From: Ruditapes philippinarum
Taxonomy: Eukaryota
Assembly (NCBI RefSeq): GCF_026571515.1
Contig: NW_026859045.1
Coordinates: forward strand, 248,001-312,000
Length of the DNA stretch: 64,000 bases
Direction of reading: 5' to 3'
Shown: positions 12,240-25,571 of the stretch, piece after piece
Numbering within the stretch: the stretch's first letter is position 1
Layout of the letters: each line of letters starts with the position of its first letter
Translations under genes and position numbers: made by a program
Notes under the pieces: generated by a model
The model's database searches: none
The model's input: the letters and a program-made list of their open reading frames with translations, nothing else
Told to the model about the DNA's origin: nothing

Positions 12240-12298
12240 ATGTTTTTTCTCTATATACATATTTGTTTTCTCTATATACGCATATGTTTTCTCTACAT
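12240..12298 (+). repeat. Short tandem repeat, ~21 bp x3
   Basis: (tg)ttttctcta(t/c)ata occurs three times. Confidence 0.7.
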
Positions 12299-13068
12299 AG
12301 AAACTAATGAAGTTTTTACATAAAACATTGCTTAAATTATCATTTTAGCCGAATGCATTCATCATCATGCACGGAAACCCACTTAAAGCTGCGTGATGAC
12401 ATATTGGACAAATAAAAGCTGTACAATAAATAAAAGGATTTGGAAATTTTACAAAATAATTTGTGGTTTAATATGCCATGAATAAATGTTTCTTGATGAA
12501 GAGCTTCGCGGAGATTTTATTCCCTTAAGGCAGATTTTAGTGCTTTATATATACCAGAGTTTAATATTGATAACAATAGAAATTGATAACAATAGAAGCT
12601 TTAAAAAAGCAGAAAACTTTTATTATTCCATAAAAATACTCCAAGCGAATTATTTGATTAATTATAAAATGAAGAAAAAGGATATTAATTAATGAGTTTT
12701 CTATTCTAGCCTCGCATTCTCTCCTGTAAAGGTAAAACGTATACAGTACGCATATAAAACTAGATCAAAGAGATATATTTTTATTTTAGTAGTATGCAAT
12801 GATATGGTAATATAGAATAATAAACTAGATCACCGCCTAAGTGTTTGTTGTTGTTGTTGGTGTTGTTGCTAATTTGTCGTTCTCTAACACTATTTGAATA
12901 TAATAAACGTAAGCGTACATGTTTGCCAATGGAGCTCGTGTACTGTTCCGAATTATCAAAGCACTGGTGATTAGGAAAATTTCTGCAAGAATTACGGGAT
13001 CGTGAAAGAGCTACTGTATAATAAGAGAAATAATATCACATTTGAAATTTCATAACCGTTAAAAGTAA

Positions 13069-13164
13069 TATAACTTTTGAAATTATATAACTTTTGAAAT
13101 TATATAACTTTTTAAATTATATAATTTTTGAAATCGTATAACTTTGAAAATTATACAGCTTTTT
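13069..13164 (+). repeat. 17-bp minisatellite (tataacttttgaaatta) x~5.5
   Basis: Direct read of the tandem units. Confidence 0.9.
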
Positions 13165-13718
13165 AATTGGTAAATATCTATCTGGAACATGATAATTGTT
13201 TATTATTCAAATATTAAAGAAACAGCGAAATAGTAGCAAAAGTCATTAGCGGTGACCCAATGTTACCATAAACAAATGTCACTGGTCTTGATTACACACC
13301 CTGTTCCTTTTTACTTAAATGTATTTTCAAAACTGCGCAGATTCAAACAGACATTCGTGAAAGTAGCATTTTATTCGGCTTTCTCTTTTTTCAAATATTG
13401 CAAAATGTCCTTACTTAGTTCTTTGTCTGCTAAACTTCATTTTCTAAGAATTTTGTGTCATGCACTTTCTTTTCTGTTATTTTTAGCGATGTCAAACTAA
13501 GTCCAAACAGATTATTTCTAGCTATCTTGCATCTTGAGGAATGTTATTACGACGAATGAAGATTGCTTAGTTCTCGAGTTGGTGTAAAACAGCCACCGGA
13601 AAATCTTTGCACCACCAGGATTGTGGCAAACTTCACTACCATTTATAAATAAGCTAAACACTTAAAATTCATTTCATTTGTTAGTTTAGTAGTAAATAAT
13701 GAATAATTGAATTAAATT

Positions 13719-14159
13719 TACGCTATTTCAACTTTTTTTCGTATCGAAAATATCATTTTAAAAAATTTGTCCGGCCGGAATTTAGCCTTTTCCGGCCGGA
13801 TAAATGCCGTCCGATCGGAAAAATGAAAATTCCGGCCGGACTTTTTTTCAGCAAAATATTTTTTTCCAATCGGATTTCTTGAAATTTCGAAATGGAAGAA
13901 ATGCATCAGTATTTGCTAAATATGTATAGTTTAGTATTTTCCTGTTGAAATAAAGTTGAATTAACCATTTTTTGAATCCAATCGGATTTTTTTCCAGTTT
14001 TTTTTATTGGAAAAAATTCCAATTGGACTTATTTCCAATCGGAAATTATTCCTACTGGAATTTTTTCCAATATATTTTATTGGAAATAAATCCTATCGGA
14101 ATTTTTTCCAATTATAAAATAAGTGGAAATTAGTCCAATTGGAACTTTTTAAACGCATA
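13719..14159. mobile_element. Probable non-autonomous DNA element made of TCCNNNNGGA palindromes
   Basis: Eleven TCCNNNNGGA sites between 13770 and 14143. The ends tacgc...gcata are weakly inverted and there is no clear TSD. Confidence 0.55.
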
Positions 14160-14429
14160 ATTGATATTAGGTAGGCATTTATATCAAATCAACATATAAT
14201 ACATCGAAATAACATGATTTTTGTGACAATTTCAGATTTTGGAGTATCTTTTAAATACTGACAATATTATTATATTAAAACACAATTTTATATCTTATGT
14301 TACATTTTTAGGTATAATTTGAAAAAAAAGTGAACTCTTCTTAAAAACTGAAAAGTGATAAATTTCCTAATTTCCCGCAACAACAGAAAGTACCTACCAA
14401 GTCAAACGTTTTTGTTCTTAATTAATGTT

Positions 14430-14620
14430 GTCGTGTCTTCGCATTATTGCTTTTGCATGTATCAGTGCTATACACTGGGCATGTAAAAGAACCAAGGGGT
14501 CTTTTCAATAAGAGCTAGGGACTGGTTCCCGGATTCCCTTGTATCTCATATATGTCAAAAGCAATGTACATGTATAGATACACTAAAACTATTATTACTC
14601 TGAGATAAGACAGTAGTGCA
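14430..14620 (+). mobile_element. Degraded SINE fragment with a Deu(Nin)-like domain
   Basis: gcatgtaaaagaacc...aagagctaggg...cccgg resembles the Deu/Nin domain spacing (GCACGTAAAAGAACC..AAGAGTAGGG..CCCGG), recalled from memory. Confidence 0.45.
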
Positions 14621-15162
14621 TTTTTGTACATTTATTTTCATATGAAAGTTAAATATAGATTATGACTACACAACTTGAGGTAAACTGTTTAAGTTTAGGC
14701 ATCATGTCAACAGAAACGTATTAATTTCCTGAAAGAGATGTGATTCTTATACATATTTAACTAAAGTTAACATAATTATATTTTCTTTCTTGAAAAAAAT
14801 CCAACAAGTAGCTGTTTATGTGAACATTTTAATGACTGCCTTGAAGAGACCTGCTTTTCTTATAAATGATTACTGTTTCTCTTTGTTTCTACGAATTATC
14901 ACGTCAAGATTAATTAAAATCAGTATTTGTTATAAGAACATTAGCAAACAGAAATCACTATAATTGTATTACAATTCAAATGAGGTTGTCGGACTTACAT
15001 TGTAGTAGATGTTATTTTTTCTACGACGTAGTCTTCTTTCGTTCGATTGCCTATGATAGTCATACCATAGATTGCGCTGATGGTCATTTAAGAAGCAATC
15101 ATTATCGCATTACAGTAACTGATAAGTTATATGATATGTATCTGATATGATGATTTTCATAT

Positions 15163-15440
15163 TGTCGTGTAAAATGTGAAGCCTGAGCAAGACTCGAATC
15201 TGGGACCTTCGTGGTACATTACCGTGGTACCGACGTAGCTATCTATAACCGCTTATATGTTGTCTCTCCTTATATGTGAACAGTTCTAAACTATGACATA
15301 CTACCACGCTATATTGAAATTTCCTCCAGGATTCCTAGAAGGAAAAGTAAACAATGTGAAGTGGCTCAGAGATAAGTACAGTCACGACCCCATGTTGGGC
15401 GCCAAATGTTACTGAGAGAGGAAAATATGCAACCTGACCA
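15163..15440 (-). mobile_element. TRIM-like miniature LTR element with a tRNA-like segment inside the LTR
   Basis: Minus strand, in order: partial LTR ending ...taaca (15407), tt, PBS TGGCGCCCAACATGGGG (tRNA-Lys type), ~100 bp internal region, degenerate PPT, then LTR TGTCAT...CGACA (15298-15163) with A-box-like tagctacgtcggta and B-box-like gattcgagtc. Confidence 0.7.
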
Positions 15441-15863
15441 TGAACAAAAATTTGAAGGTAAGACACTTTGAAAACAAACCATACATAAAATAACCAACTG
15501 ATAGCCCCCTATTCAGTTTTAGAAATCATAAATCTATAGTGGAATATATTTGCATCTTCAAATTAAAACCGAAAAAACAAACAAACTAAAAACACGAGTA
15601 GTCGATTTAGAAGACATAGGCCATTAGTTCAAGTTAAAACTACCATTACGAATCAGTTTCACCTCTCTTTGTTTCGTTTTAACCAGGCGTTTGTGTTTCA
15701 TTCAGTTAGTTATTTTATTGTGATCTGTTGTATCGGTCATTATAAATTGTGCTGAAAGATAACAACATAATACCATTTCTCCTTTTACAGTTTTATTTCT
15801 TTGCCAACCGGTGTTTAGTTTAATGAAATAACTGATGACGAGTAAAAATAATTATTTAATGTT

Positions 15864-16084
15864 GTCACGACAAAACCAAGATAGTGCGTTTGCGACCAGC
15901 ATGGATCCAGATTAGCCTGCGCAGTCTGATCAGGATCCATGCTGTTTGCTATCAGTTTCTCTACTTGTTAAAATGTTTAAAAGCGAGCAGCATGAATCCT
16001 GGTCAGACTGTGCGGACTCGCAGGCTGGTCTGGATCCATGCTGGTCGCAAACGCACTATGTTGGTTTTGTCGTGACGCAGCTCA
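15864..16084. mobile_element. Near-full copy of the palindromic TA-MITE; outer left end missing
   Basis: gtcacgacaaaaccaagatagtgcgtttgcgaccagcatggatcc...ggttttgtcgtgacgcagctca. Confidence 0.9.
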
Positions 16085-17112
16085 TTTAATGTTGTCACCT
16101 ATTTGATATCGATTATAATTATCACTCGTGGAAAACTCTTTGACAATGTTATCTCACCACTGCAAGTCATTTAGCTGTTATAAGTATACAAGTTGTTTTA
16201 ATTACTTTAATGACAGCACTATAAACCATTTATCTATAGAAAGAGTCAGAAATTATTTCACATGCTTCCTCGTAATATTCTATATACGAGTCGTAAACAT
16301 CTAAAGAGATTAATAATAGATTCATGCAAGAAATTACAAAACTGTTAATTCAAGTTATTTATGCCAACGTGGGAAGTGATTCACAACCACACACTTAAAT
16401 GGGGAAATAAATATTCTATTTGTAACAAATAGGATAGATTATATAATGCATTTTTTTATTGTCTGCAAACATGAAATGGGCAGTGTTCATATATCAAGAA
16501 GAAGAGGCGTAAAACAACAATCCTAACTATAAACCAGACATAAAAAGGCGTTTAATGCATTTCAAGATCATGAAACAGCCGCAAAAGTGAATGCCGTTTA
16601 TAGCAGCAGATGCGTGCTAATTGTCATGAACATATTGCAAATGTAGTTAGAAGTAATATGAACGAAGAGAGTAATTTACAAACGGCACAAAAACTCCACG
16701 TAAATTACCAAAAAGAGATAAATAAAGAAAAATAACCCTACTGCGTTAGTCACGGGGTAAAAATATGGTGATAAATACTGTAAAATCAGTCATATGATAA
16801 CTTTAGCCTTGAATTAAAATCTTTGTGCATTTTCTCAAGTTTGATTTTCTTGAAATATATTGGCTCACCTGGAGGCATGCAGCTGTAATTTGTATGCGAA
16901 TACACATTTTATATTTCAATGTTTTATTTTCCCGTCACTAAGCCACCCTAGTCAAAATAAAATTACAGTGTTTTGGGAAAAACTTAATTCAATAATCTTT
17001 TCCGCACAAAGTACCAAATACGTATTATATTATTAATTTATTATTTTAACACTTAAAACACATCAGGATAATTTTAGTACCTGTTTTATTATACAGTCAA
17101 TCAAAGTTGGTC

Positions 17113-17180
17113 TGGAATAAGTCGTAAAGAAAAACAAACGCAGCCCAGCACAACAGTTGGGCACCCAGAAACACAGAACT
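17113..17180. repeat. Fragment of a dispersed repeat (other copies at 17679-17765 and 61428-61520)
   Basis: Shares gaataa...acgcagcc...gggcacc with the other two copies. Confidence 0.5.
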
Positions 17181-17269
17181 TAGAATTGGAAGAAGACAAA
17201 AGGTTGGTGAAAGGACTGGGCACATGTAATAAGTCAAACTATGAGAACTAAAAGGGGCATATATGTCAT

Positions 17270-17460
17270 AAAGTTATCATACTCTATCAAACTTTTAAAA
17301 TATCTTATCAAGTCTTCTTTAATATTTGTTAATTCAAAACTGTAAACTATTTTCTCGTACCGGTAAATATTATATATCAGAAATAATTTGTTTAATTTAG
17401 AAATTACCATTCTAGTCACATATATTTCTAGACATTTGGCTGTCAACATAACATACATAT
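17270..17460 (-). pseudogene. Degenerate C-terminal ORF2 fragment of an L1/Tx1-like LINE
   Basis: The translation VMLTAKCLEIYVTRMVISKLNKLFLIYNIYRYEKIVY resembles the AK..IY..R....L....F.......Y..EK pattern at the end of Tx1/L1 ORF2. Confidence 0.4.
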
Positions 17461-17678
17461 CTATGGTATACACCTTGATGTATAGCACTTGAAAGCTATT
17501 CTGATATTAACAAATGCATGTAAATCTATCGTGATTATTGATTATTGACCGGTGTTCATAACATAATGTTCAAATTGTATATTAGTCAAAAGTAAAGAAA
17601 AAAAATATTATCAAGCAGTGCTCTTTTCCTAACATTGTGGTCATGTGACAAAAGCTGTCTGTTACATTATCATCATAT

Positions 17679-17765
17679 GAAAAGGAGAATAAAGATCAAC
17701 AAGGCAAAGGCACACAGTTCACAGGACGCAGCCTTCCGACACACCCAAGCTGGGCACCAAAACAT
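17679..17765. repeat. Dispersed repeat fragment, possibly a retroelement 3' end on the minus strand
   Basis: gaataaagatcaacaaggcaaaggcacacagttcacaggacgcagccttccgacacacc is nearly colinear with 61437-61495. Confidence 0.75.
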
Positions 17766-17817
17766 ATCACACAAATAATGCGTTAGTGTATCAAATAGCA
17801 AAGATCTGGAGATAATT

Positions 17818-18033
17818 AACAAGAGTGTCATTGCCACAACAAATGCTCGGTCTCAAGATAATGAAGATTTACATTACAATCTGTCAATGCATGATGAGCA
17901 TATGGTCTATACATGCATTATCCTTTCAATATGACATTGACATTTGCGCACAACACTATAAATTGACGTACCCGGAATACAGTCCCCTATAATGAAGTCT
18001 CCATCCGATATCACTACGCTAGCAGGGATGATA
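17818..18033. mobile_element. Short degraded HINE/pearl-like element
   Basis: Starts aacaagagtgtca...aatgctcg, has a tgacattgacattt core, and ends in the decayed hairpin atatcactacgctagcagggatgataa. Confidence 0.4.
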
Positions 18034-21000
18034 ACAGTTCCATATTAGATGTTAATTTCTAGTACTGTCTGAGTACGTGTCTAAAATATTCAAAGTCACG
18101 TTCGGATTCAGACACAATAACACACCAATGATTTCAGTTGTTCTGCCAAAAAGTTCTTATGATTTAATTAAAAAATATTTATCTAGGCTGGATTGTTGTT
18201 AAATTACGTGTTATTTAAGACGTAGTAGCTGTTGCGTCTTATATGAGTGAATATTCAATATTTTTATTTCAATTTGTTTCTTATTTTGGCTGCAATGGCG
18301 TCTCTTTTTCTGGAAATGCTCTATTATAATTGAGTTTTTTTTTCTTTGATTATGAAGACATATACAAATGAATGCTGATGGCCCAAGTCAGAAACCATAT
18401 AAAGTAAAATTAGAGCGTCTTTAAGCAGACATCAAATTATACCACAACCTAATTACTTTTACACTTACTCAAAGTTAAGAAATATAAAAAGATATGATTT
18501 TGGCTTACAGAAATTTTTTTAAATTTGGACAAATATTATCGTTATTAAGAAAAATTAAAAAACATTGTACTGATTAAAAAGCAAACGTAACTTAACATAT
18601 GAGAAAGTAATCTTTATTTGGCTTAAAGAAGCATGAGCATACAGAAAGTCGATTCATAGCTAATTATTGTCATAATCATGCATACGCATTATAAAGTTAA
18701 ACTTTTTCCTCTATTTTTAAATTTGATATTTTTTTTGCCAATTTGAAAGCTTAAAACATTCTGGATTTTTCTTTTATATTTTCGTAAAACATTTAAGCAT
18801 TGTACATTATGATAGAAATGTGTATAATAGAATATCGTGAATGAAGCCTAAGGCTTAGTATATTACTGACGTAAAATATAATTCCCAGACAGCGAAACCT
18901 TTTAGTCAGCTATCTTTTTTGTTGTTGTTAATACTTTATTTCGTTGTTTATTCAATTATTCTCTGCCCGCCTCTTACAGATTTTTTGTATTATTTAAATA
19001 CTTTTAATATGATCAATGTTAAATGTAGAACACGAAATAACAAGAAGTATCTTTAAAAAAGATACTCGGCCGTATTAAATCTGCTTTTAACTTGCAAAAT
19101 ATCATTTCGGACATTTTCATTCATGAAGCACTGCCGTAAGTAAACTTAATGATTAAATAATGACAGTAATCACTTGTACGAATTCAAAGTTGAGATTACA
19201 AATAGTTTTGCCGGACTCCCCGTAGGATTTGTCGACAACTGTACTACTAGTTGATGAAGTGAGCTATCTTATGTACTGGAAATATCTCCCCTCTCGTACG
19301 GCGCAACATAAAAATTCGGACATACGCTAATTGCAACGTACTCAAACATAAATTTAGCTCAGACTAATGCAGGATTTTACTTCAGTCTGTAAAAAAAGAA
19401 ATATCATTATTTATAATTTGATTTAAAGCAGTATACAACTCTACTCCCACAATGACTTAATAATGACCACATATTGATGAAGTACTTGTTTTCAGACAAT
19501 ATCTGTCGCATTTTAATCAGGAAGACAGACTGCATCAAAATATAATTTGTCAGTCTTTTAGTCTAAAGCTTCTCATAATTATAAAAAAAACCTAAATTAT
19601 GTCGGAAATGGATGATAAATTGTACAGAGTTTAACTTAATCATCCAATTTATCAAATTGTTCCATTTCTGGAAAGTAGAACTGGTCGTTTTAAAGTGTAT
19701 GAGGCTATATATTTTTGCTGCAAAAAATATTGTTTGAATTTTAAAGGAGAATACTTGCAAAATGCTTGTATGAAATAAACACGGTAGATAATTGCAATAA
19801 AAGCGAATGACGCATGCACAAAATCATAGCTAAACGGATAAACCCCTACTTAAAATAGCAAATACTATTTTGTTTAACATTAACGTTTAATTCTGTATAC
19901 GTGCAAGATTCATGTGTAATTAATAACAGAGACATTTTATATTTACAACTTTTCGGGAATCAACCATATAATAATGGAACCAACATAATTTCACTGTTGA
20001 TAAATTTTATAAAAATATTCCATAAGATATAGATTTATACCCTTTAAAACAAGAACGCGCTGGCATTATATTTAACTGATTTCGTTGCACTACATCCATT
20101 TTAGCAAAAATATTTTACGATTATATTTAAAAGTAATACGTTGTCACTGTAAAAACTCTATACGCACAGTATTCTTGTACCACCCTTGCAAACGGGCAAC
20201 GTGTACTTTTGTCTATAAATGTCACACCATGAGATGTAGTAATGTGCCAATGAAACGATCTCTAGCCGAAAATTTGATTTGAAGACAAAGGTAAAATAAA
20301 TATATATTAAATTTATGATTTGTGTATGAGCAAATTTAGTACTTTGTATCTGTTATAAGACTGAGTAAACACTTCGTAATCTATGTTTATATGTTTAAGG
20401 TTAGAGTTATTAGAGATAGTGAAATGTCTTATAGTATTTTCATTTATAAACATATTTTAGAATTACTTTATACAAAAATTCATGTTTTGTCAATATGTTA
20501 AGATGTTTCGCGAGAATTAGACACATTTTCAGGTAAAAACGTGACGTCCATAATTATTTGTCAGACAAAGAATCATGTTCGGGGCAAAACGTTTACATGC
20601 ATAATGAGATAAGGCTAATAACCATGCCAAAAAAGCCATTTCCCTGTAGATATATGTCAGTGCGATTTATCGAGGTCAAATGTGCATTTAAATATTATGT
20701 AATTTTGTATATGCAATATTACTGCGTTCAGACATAATTAAATGAAAAGATTTTGTTCGAAGCATAAATTCTACATGCATTAGTGGATATAAGGATTATT
20801 TAACACAAATGGTCACCGTAATGATCTGAAGTATTGTAAACATGACTCCGATCTCTTTGGTAGAGGCCAATGTCACATAAGAGGTCAATGATAAACAATT
20901 GTCAGTAGAGAAACTTCTAGTATGTGCATTGAAGTATTGTTATATAAGCTAACACGATTGCTTAACATTGTAAGGCAAAAAGACGTGTACAGTTTTCAGG

Positions 21001-22859
21001 TTCTTGAAACAAAGGTCATGATGATATGCAGAGATAACACTTTGAGGTTATAACTTACAACACTCTGTAATGTTACAGCCAAGAAAGTAGGTTTAATAGA
21101 TGCAATAAATGTTTGCAAGAACCTTTCAAATATATGGTGCTTAATTTACATAAATTTATCCTTTTCAACCATTTAATGATTAATAGTGAAATAAATAAGT
21201 ATGTTGATCATTTGAATTGTTGATTAGTCCTCGCCTGATTGACATTCGTCATGCAATTATGTGGATTTTATATTCCTTTCCACGAAGGCACAACTACGTC
21301 TAATTTATCGTTTGATAATTAGATTTTCTAGCATTTTTAAGCTGTAAGTATTTATATGAATAATGAATAGGTATCAAAAACAAATATTTTGTTTCTAGTG
21401 TTGAATTTATAACAAATTACACAATTATCATTGTAAAGTAACTTGTTATTGTAAGAAATGGCGTTTTTTTCTCGCTGTTAAAAGTTGGCTGTCCTGGTTG
21501 TTTTTGCCGACATTAATCATAATTGTATTGATGTCAGCCAAAAATAAGTTTTTCCACTCATCACTTAGCTATCTAGTTAAATTGAAAATATGTTGACCAA
21601 GAAATAATTACACAAAAAAGATATGATATTATTAGTGTTGCTTTCTTAAAGTAAATTAAGTTGTCGATCAGATCACAGCAAATTAATTGAAAATGAACAG
21701 AACATATTCAGAACGTAAAGAAGAAAACAAACTTATGAGTATTGTATCATTTATTTGTACTTATGATCTGTATCTCCTTAATAGAATTTCCCTGTTACGT
21801 TTTCTTTTTCTAATTATTTTTTAAGAGGCGAACGAATTACTTGGTTCAGATAAAGCCCATCATATTACCACAAATGCTTTAATTGGTTGCTGTAATCTTT
21901 ATCAATTTGGTGTACTTTGTTGATATTTCTTCAGATGTTTTAATACATATTTCTGTTTCCAATGTAACTGTGATTTTTTTATTATGTAATAGTTCGAAAC
22001 TTAAACATTTAAAGCCAAACAAAAAAACTCGCTAAATAATATTTAATGCAAATTTTGCAAAACAGGTATCCTTGTAAAACGTCCTCTATCATGCTTTATC
22101 CATGTAATGATTTGCTTGTATTGGGCAATAAGAATTATCACTGGTGAGACTTCATTACCCATAAGAGATATCATTTTAAGGAACTTAAGGATTATACAGG
22201 TCAAATATTGGTCAACTCATTTTTTCTTTTGATTTGTTTTGTTATCTATCCAATGAGATTGCATGGTTTTTAACCACATGTATTTCCTGCTTTTGATTTT
22301 ATCCCGGACATGATCGGTTCAAACTACGAGAAAGCTCTTAAAGAAACAGCTAAGGCATTGACCTGATTATTTTGCGATTTAAAGTTCTAATGTACTAGTC
22401 ACAAAATGACAATCACAAAATTTACACTTAATACTGTTTTCAGTGGAGAGATATGATTGTATTTAAATGCAACTAAATTTTGTGCTACCAAGGCATTTGT
22501 TAAAATCCGTACAAGGATATATGGCATTGTCATGCAATTCAAAAAATAATTGATATGATATAATGAAAATACATAGCTACTTTGGACGGCTAGATACGGC
22601 CTAATTGATAATGGTATTGTTATTATTCCTCAAACTGTATAGAATTTTTTTTTTGTATTTATTTGAACAAATGATTTTTTTATCAGATTCATGTTGTGTA
22701 ATTCGTACGTTCTTTTCTTAAAAGCACTGCACTATCCAGATGATAGCTTTTAAATTTTTCATCAATTTTTGAATACTATATATTTACTTAACAATTGCTA
22801 AAGCTAGACGATTTAATACATGTCCCTCATTAACAGGCTCTATCGTTTGTAGTACATAC

Positions 22860-23350
22860 AATGCGAAACATTATTTGCTTTTCATTCATCACCAGAATAT
22901 CAAATATATTGTTTGCAGGCACAATTGAATTGTGAGTAATTTCCGGTCTTTTTATTATTGCTTATATTGCTTCTTTCACAGACGATAGCAGATCTAAAAT
23001 AGTAGGCGGATTTCTACAGATAAACCTCATCATACAATAAAAGACCAAGAAAAAGAAAACCTTTATAATCAACACTTATCAAAAGGAAACAATGCTTTTT
23101 TTCATCAAGGCACATATGTTAGAACTGGTAATAAATGATAGGAATGGTAGTTAAATATGGAAACAAATGAAAACTTTCATTATTTTGTACTTTTAATAGC
23201 TTTCTGTTTGTATCTCCATCGCCTTGGAAATATCTTTTTATTTGTTCCAGATGAAAAACAATGTTTATTTATCGACTATTTTATTGTATTGAAAAGGTCA
23301 CAGAATAAAGACAAAGTTTTTATGTATAGACACCAACTAGTAAGTTACAA
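22860..23350. repeat. Duplicated module X, diverged copy 3
   Basis: tttgcttttc...ccaga...caattgaattgtgagtaatttccgg...attgcttatattgc...ggcggatttctac aligns with 27140-27300. Confidence 0.85.
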
Positions 23351-25571
23351 TTATGGAAGAATTAAGATACAAATTTAGCTTTTCTTTAAAGACACATTTT
23401 GCAAGATAGAAGTAGGTTATATATTCAGTTAAATAGGGTGCATAAAGTAGAGTTCTAATTTTGCAGAGCAACATTGTATGAGTGGCTAATATATTGTTTG
23501 TTGCTGAGAAGTGATCTTGTAGAGAAGGTATTTGCCACATCGAGATATGCTCTGCAGTACAAGGGTTGCACTGAGATATTTTGACTCCAAATGATTACAC
23601 TTGTCTGCTTCTGAAGAATCCCTTTGTCTCCATAATCCTTACCTCGTCAGATAGAGTTGGGTTTTTGTTTTCAGTAAAACAAATAATGAAAATATAAACT
23701 AACGCAGAACATATTTAGACTTCACTGGTCTGCATACCACCAGAAGATTAACAGTTAATATATTTAAATAATTGAAGATATAAAGTAATATGCTAAATAC
23801 AATTACAAATGAATCTGACGATACAAGCGTATAATGTGACAGTGGACCAGAGAAGCTGAAATATGAACAGATATTTTATAATTATGAAAGCATACATGAA
23901 ACCGGTACCTTATCATAATGAAGATTTAAAAAAGATTAGAAGCAAGTAGCCTGTAATCCTACGCCAACATGTACATAACTTTATTTAGGACATAAAATGA
24001 AGATGCCAAAAAACAAAATTGAGCCATTCATTTGTTGGCGGTAACTAATTCTACACATGCGTGCAGTGCATACCAAAGTCAAAGTCTATTCTGTTTGCTA
24101 TCCAGTTTTTTCCGGAGCAAATGATGAACAAAACCTTTTGAAAAATGTATCGAATAATAAACGTGGTAAGGAAAAATACGTATACGCTTACTTTTATAAT
24201 GTTTTAGCAGACAGGTAAAATTTTCTTATGCTTCTTTTCCACAACACAAATGTTGTAAAATTGTAGTTTAATACAGATAAACAAAATTTGGAATATATCA
24301 TTAATTTTTAGCAATCATTTGTCTCGCCAGTTTGTTTTAGCATGAATTTGAATAATATGTATAAGAAATAGCATTTCAATAAATACGTACCAGATACTTG
24401 AATTCTCTAAAGAATTCCTACAGGACATTTGCTTTAGAACAGTTGGTAGACAACAAATATAAAAGCAAAATAGCTTTTTATCTGATTGAATGCCCCTATT
24501 CGTATACAAAAATGAAACAAGAAAGGTTTCGATTTCGACGTCCAGAAAAAACGTCTCCTGTGTAAAATCATTTAAATTATTCCTGCTTGTATTGCTTTTA
24601 AAAATAAATAAAATGAAGATATGTTTTTTATTGAGCATAACATTATTTCAGATCAGTCTTAATTGTTTTCTAAAAAGCTTGTTTTGCAAAGATTATTCCT
24701 GATAAATGTGAGTATTAACAGTTCATCAATAGTTGTATCAAAGCAGTCGCTTGATTATCGGGTCATATGAAGAAAGAAATTGAAATTATTTTTAAATATT
24801 CTGATCTGTAATTCGTTCCATAAATGTGTATCATTTGGTATTCATCATCTAATTCTTCAGTTGTCCCTATTTACAGCACATACATACGTACATTTAGTAG
24901 ATTCATGTATGTTCTTTAACTTAAGTTTGTTTTAAAGAATATGCAACGTCGTTTTTTATCTTTGAAAAGGATATTATTCCTTTTTCTTTAGTCATATTAA
25001 AAATAAGTGTGCTCTTCTGTATTGCAATGTGACAAAATGATCAAAATAATAATTTAATTAAATACTAATCCTGTCATGGAGAAGAAACAGTACTTAATTC
25101 TAATTGATATCGAGGGATCTCATTTTCACCAGATGCTTTATATCAGAGAATGAATCTCATATCATTATTTGACATTGACCTTTTGAGCTTTATGAAGAAA
25201 AAAAAAAGAAAAAAAGAAAGCATGTAAAAAAAACCCAGAAAAATACAAGAACCAGTCGAAAAGTTATTTAAAAATCAAATGCATATTAAATTTATGTATA
25301 ATTAGGCAATGCTTGCTCATTTTTTCTGAAGTTTGTCCATTTGCTGATAAAAGTATCTTAGCCTAAAACCGATTTTTATTGCTACGTAATATTGTGCATG
25401 TTTTAAATTTCGTTTTTGTTTTGTGCTTGAATAAGAACTGAGTGAAATATTAAACAGACTTTGTCAAAAAAAGTAATTCGAAATAAATGCCTTATATATT
25501 AAGTTAAAATCAATAATGAATCATAGGCACACCGTGATTTTTATTCTTGTTTGACTTTGGCATAAATTAAT

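Noticed and set aside
13770-14143. CRISPR-like appearance of regularly spaced palindromes
   Set aside because: Repeats are only 10 bp, spacers are short and low-complexity, there are no cas genes, and the context is eukaryotic.
14999-15087. Minus-strand ATG-to-GTAAGT stretch (MTISAIYG...)
   Set aside because: Single copy, phase 2 and no promoter support. It illustrates the chance rate of such cassettes.
23455-23645. ~60-codon open minus-strand frame (KDYGDKGILQKQTSVIIW...)
   Set aside because: No start codon, no coherent splice pair and no recognisable motif.
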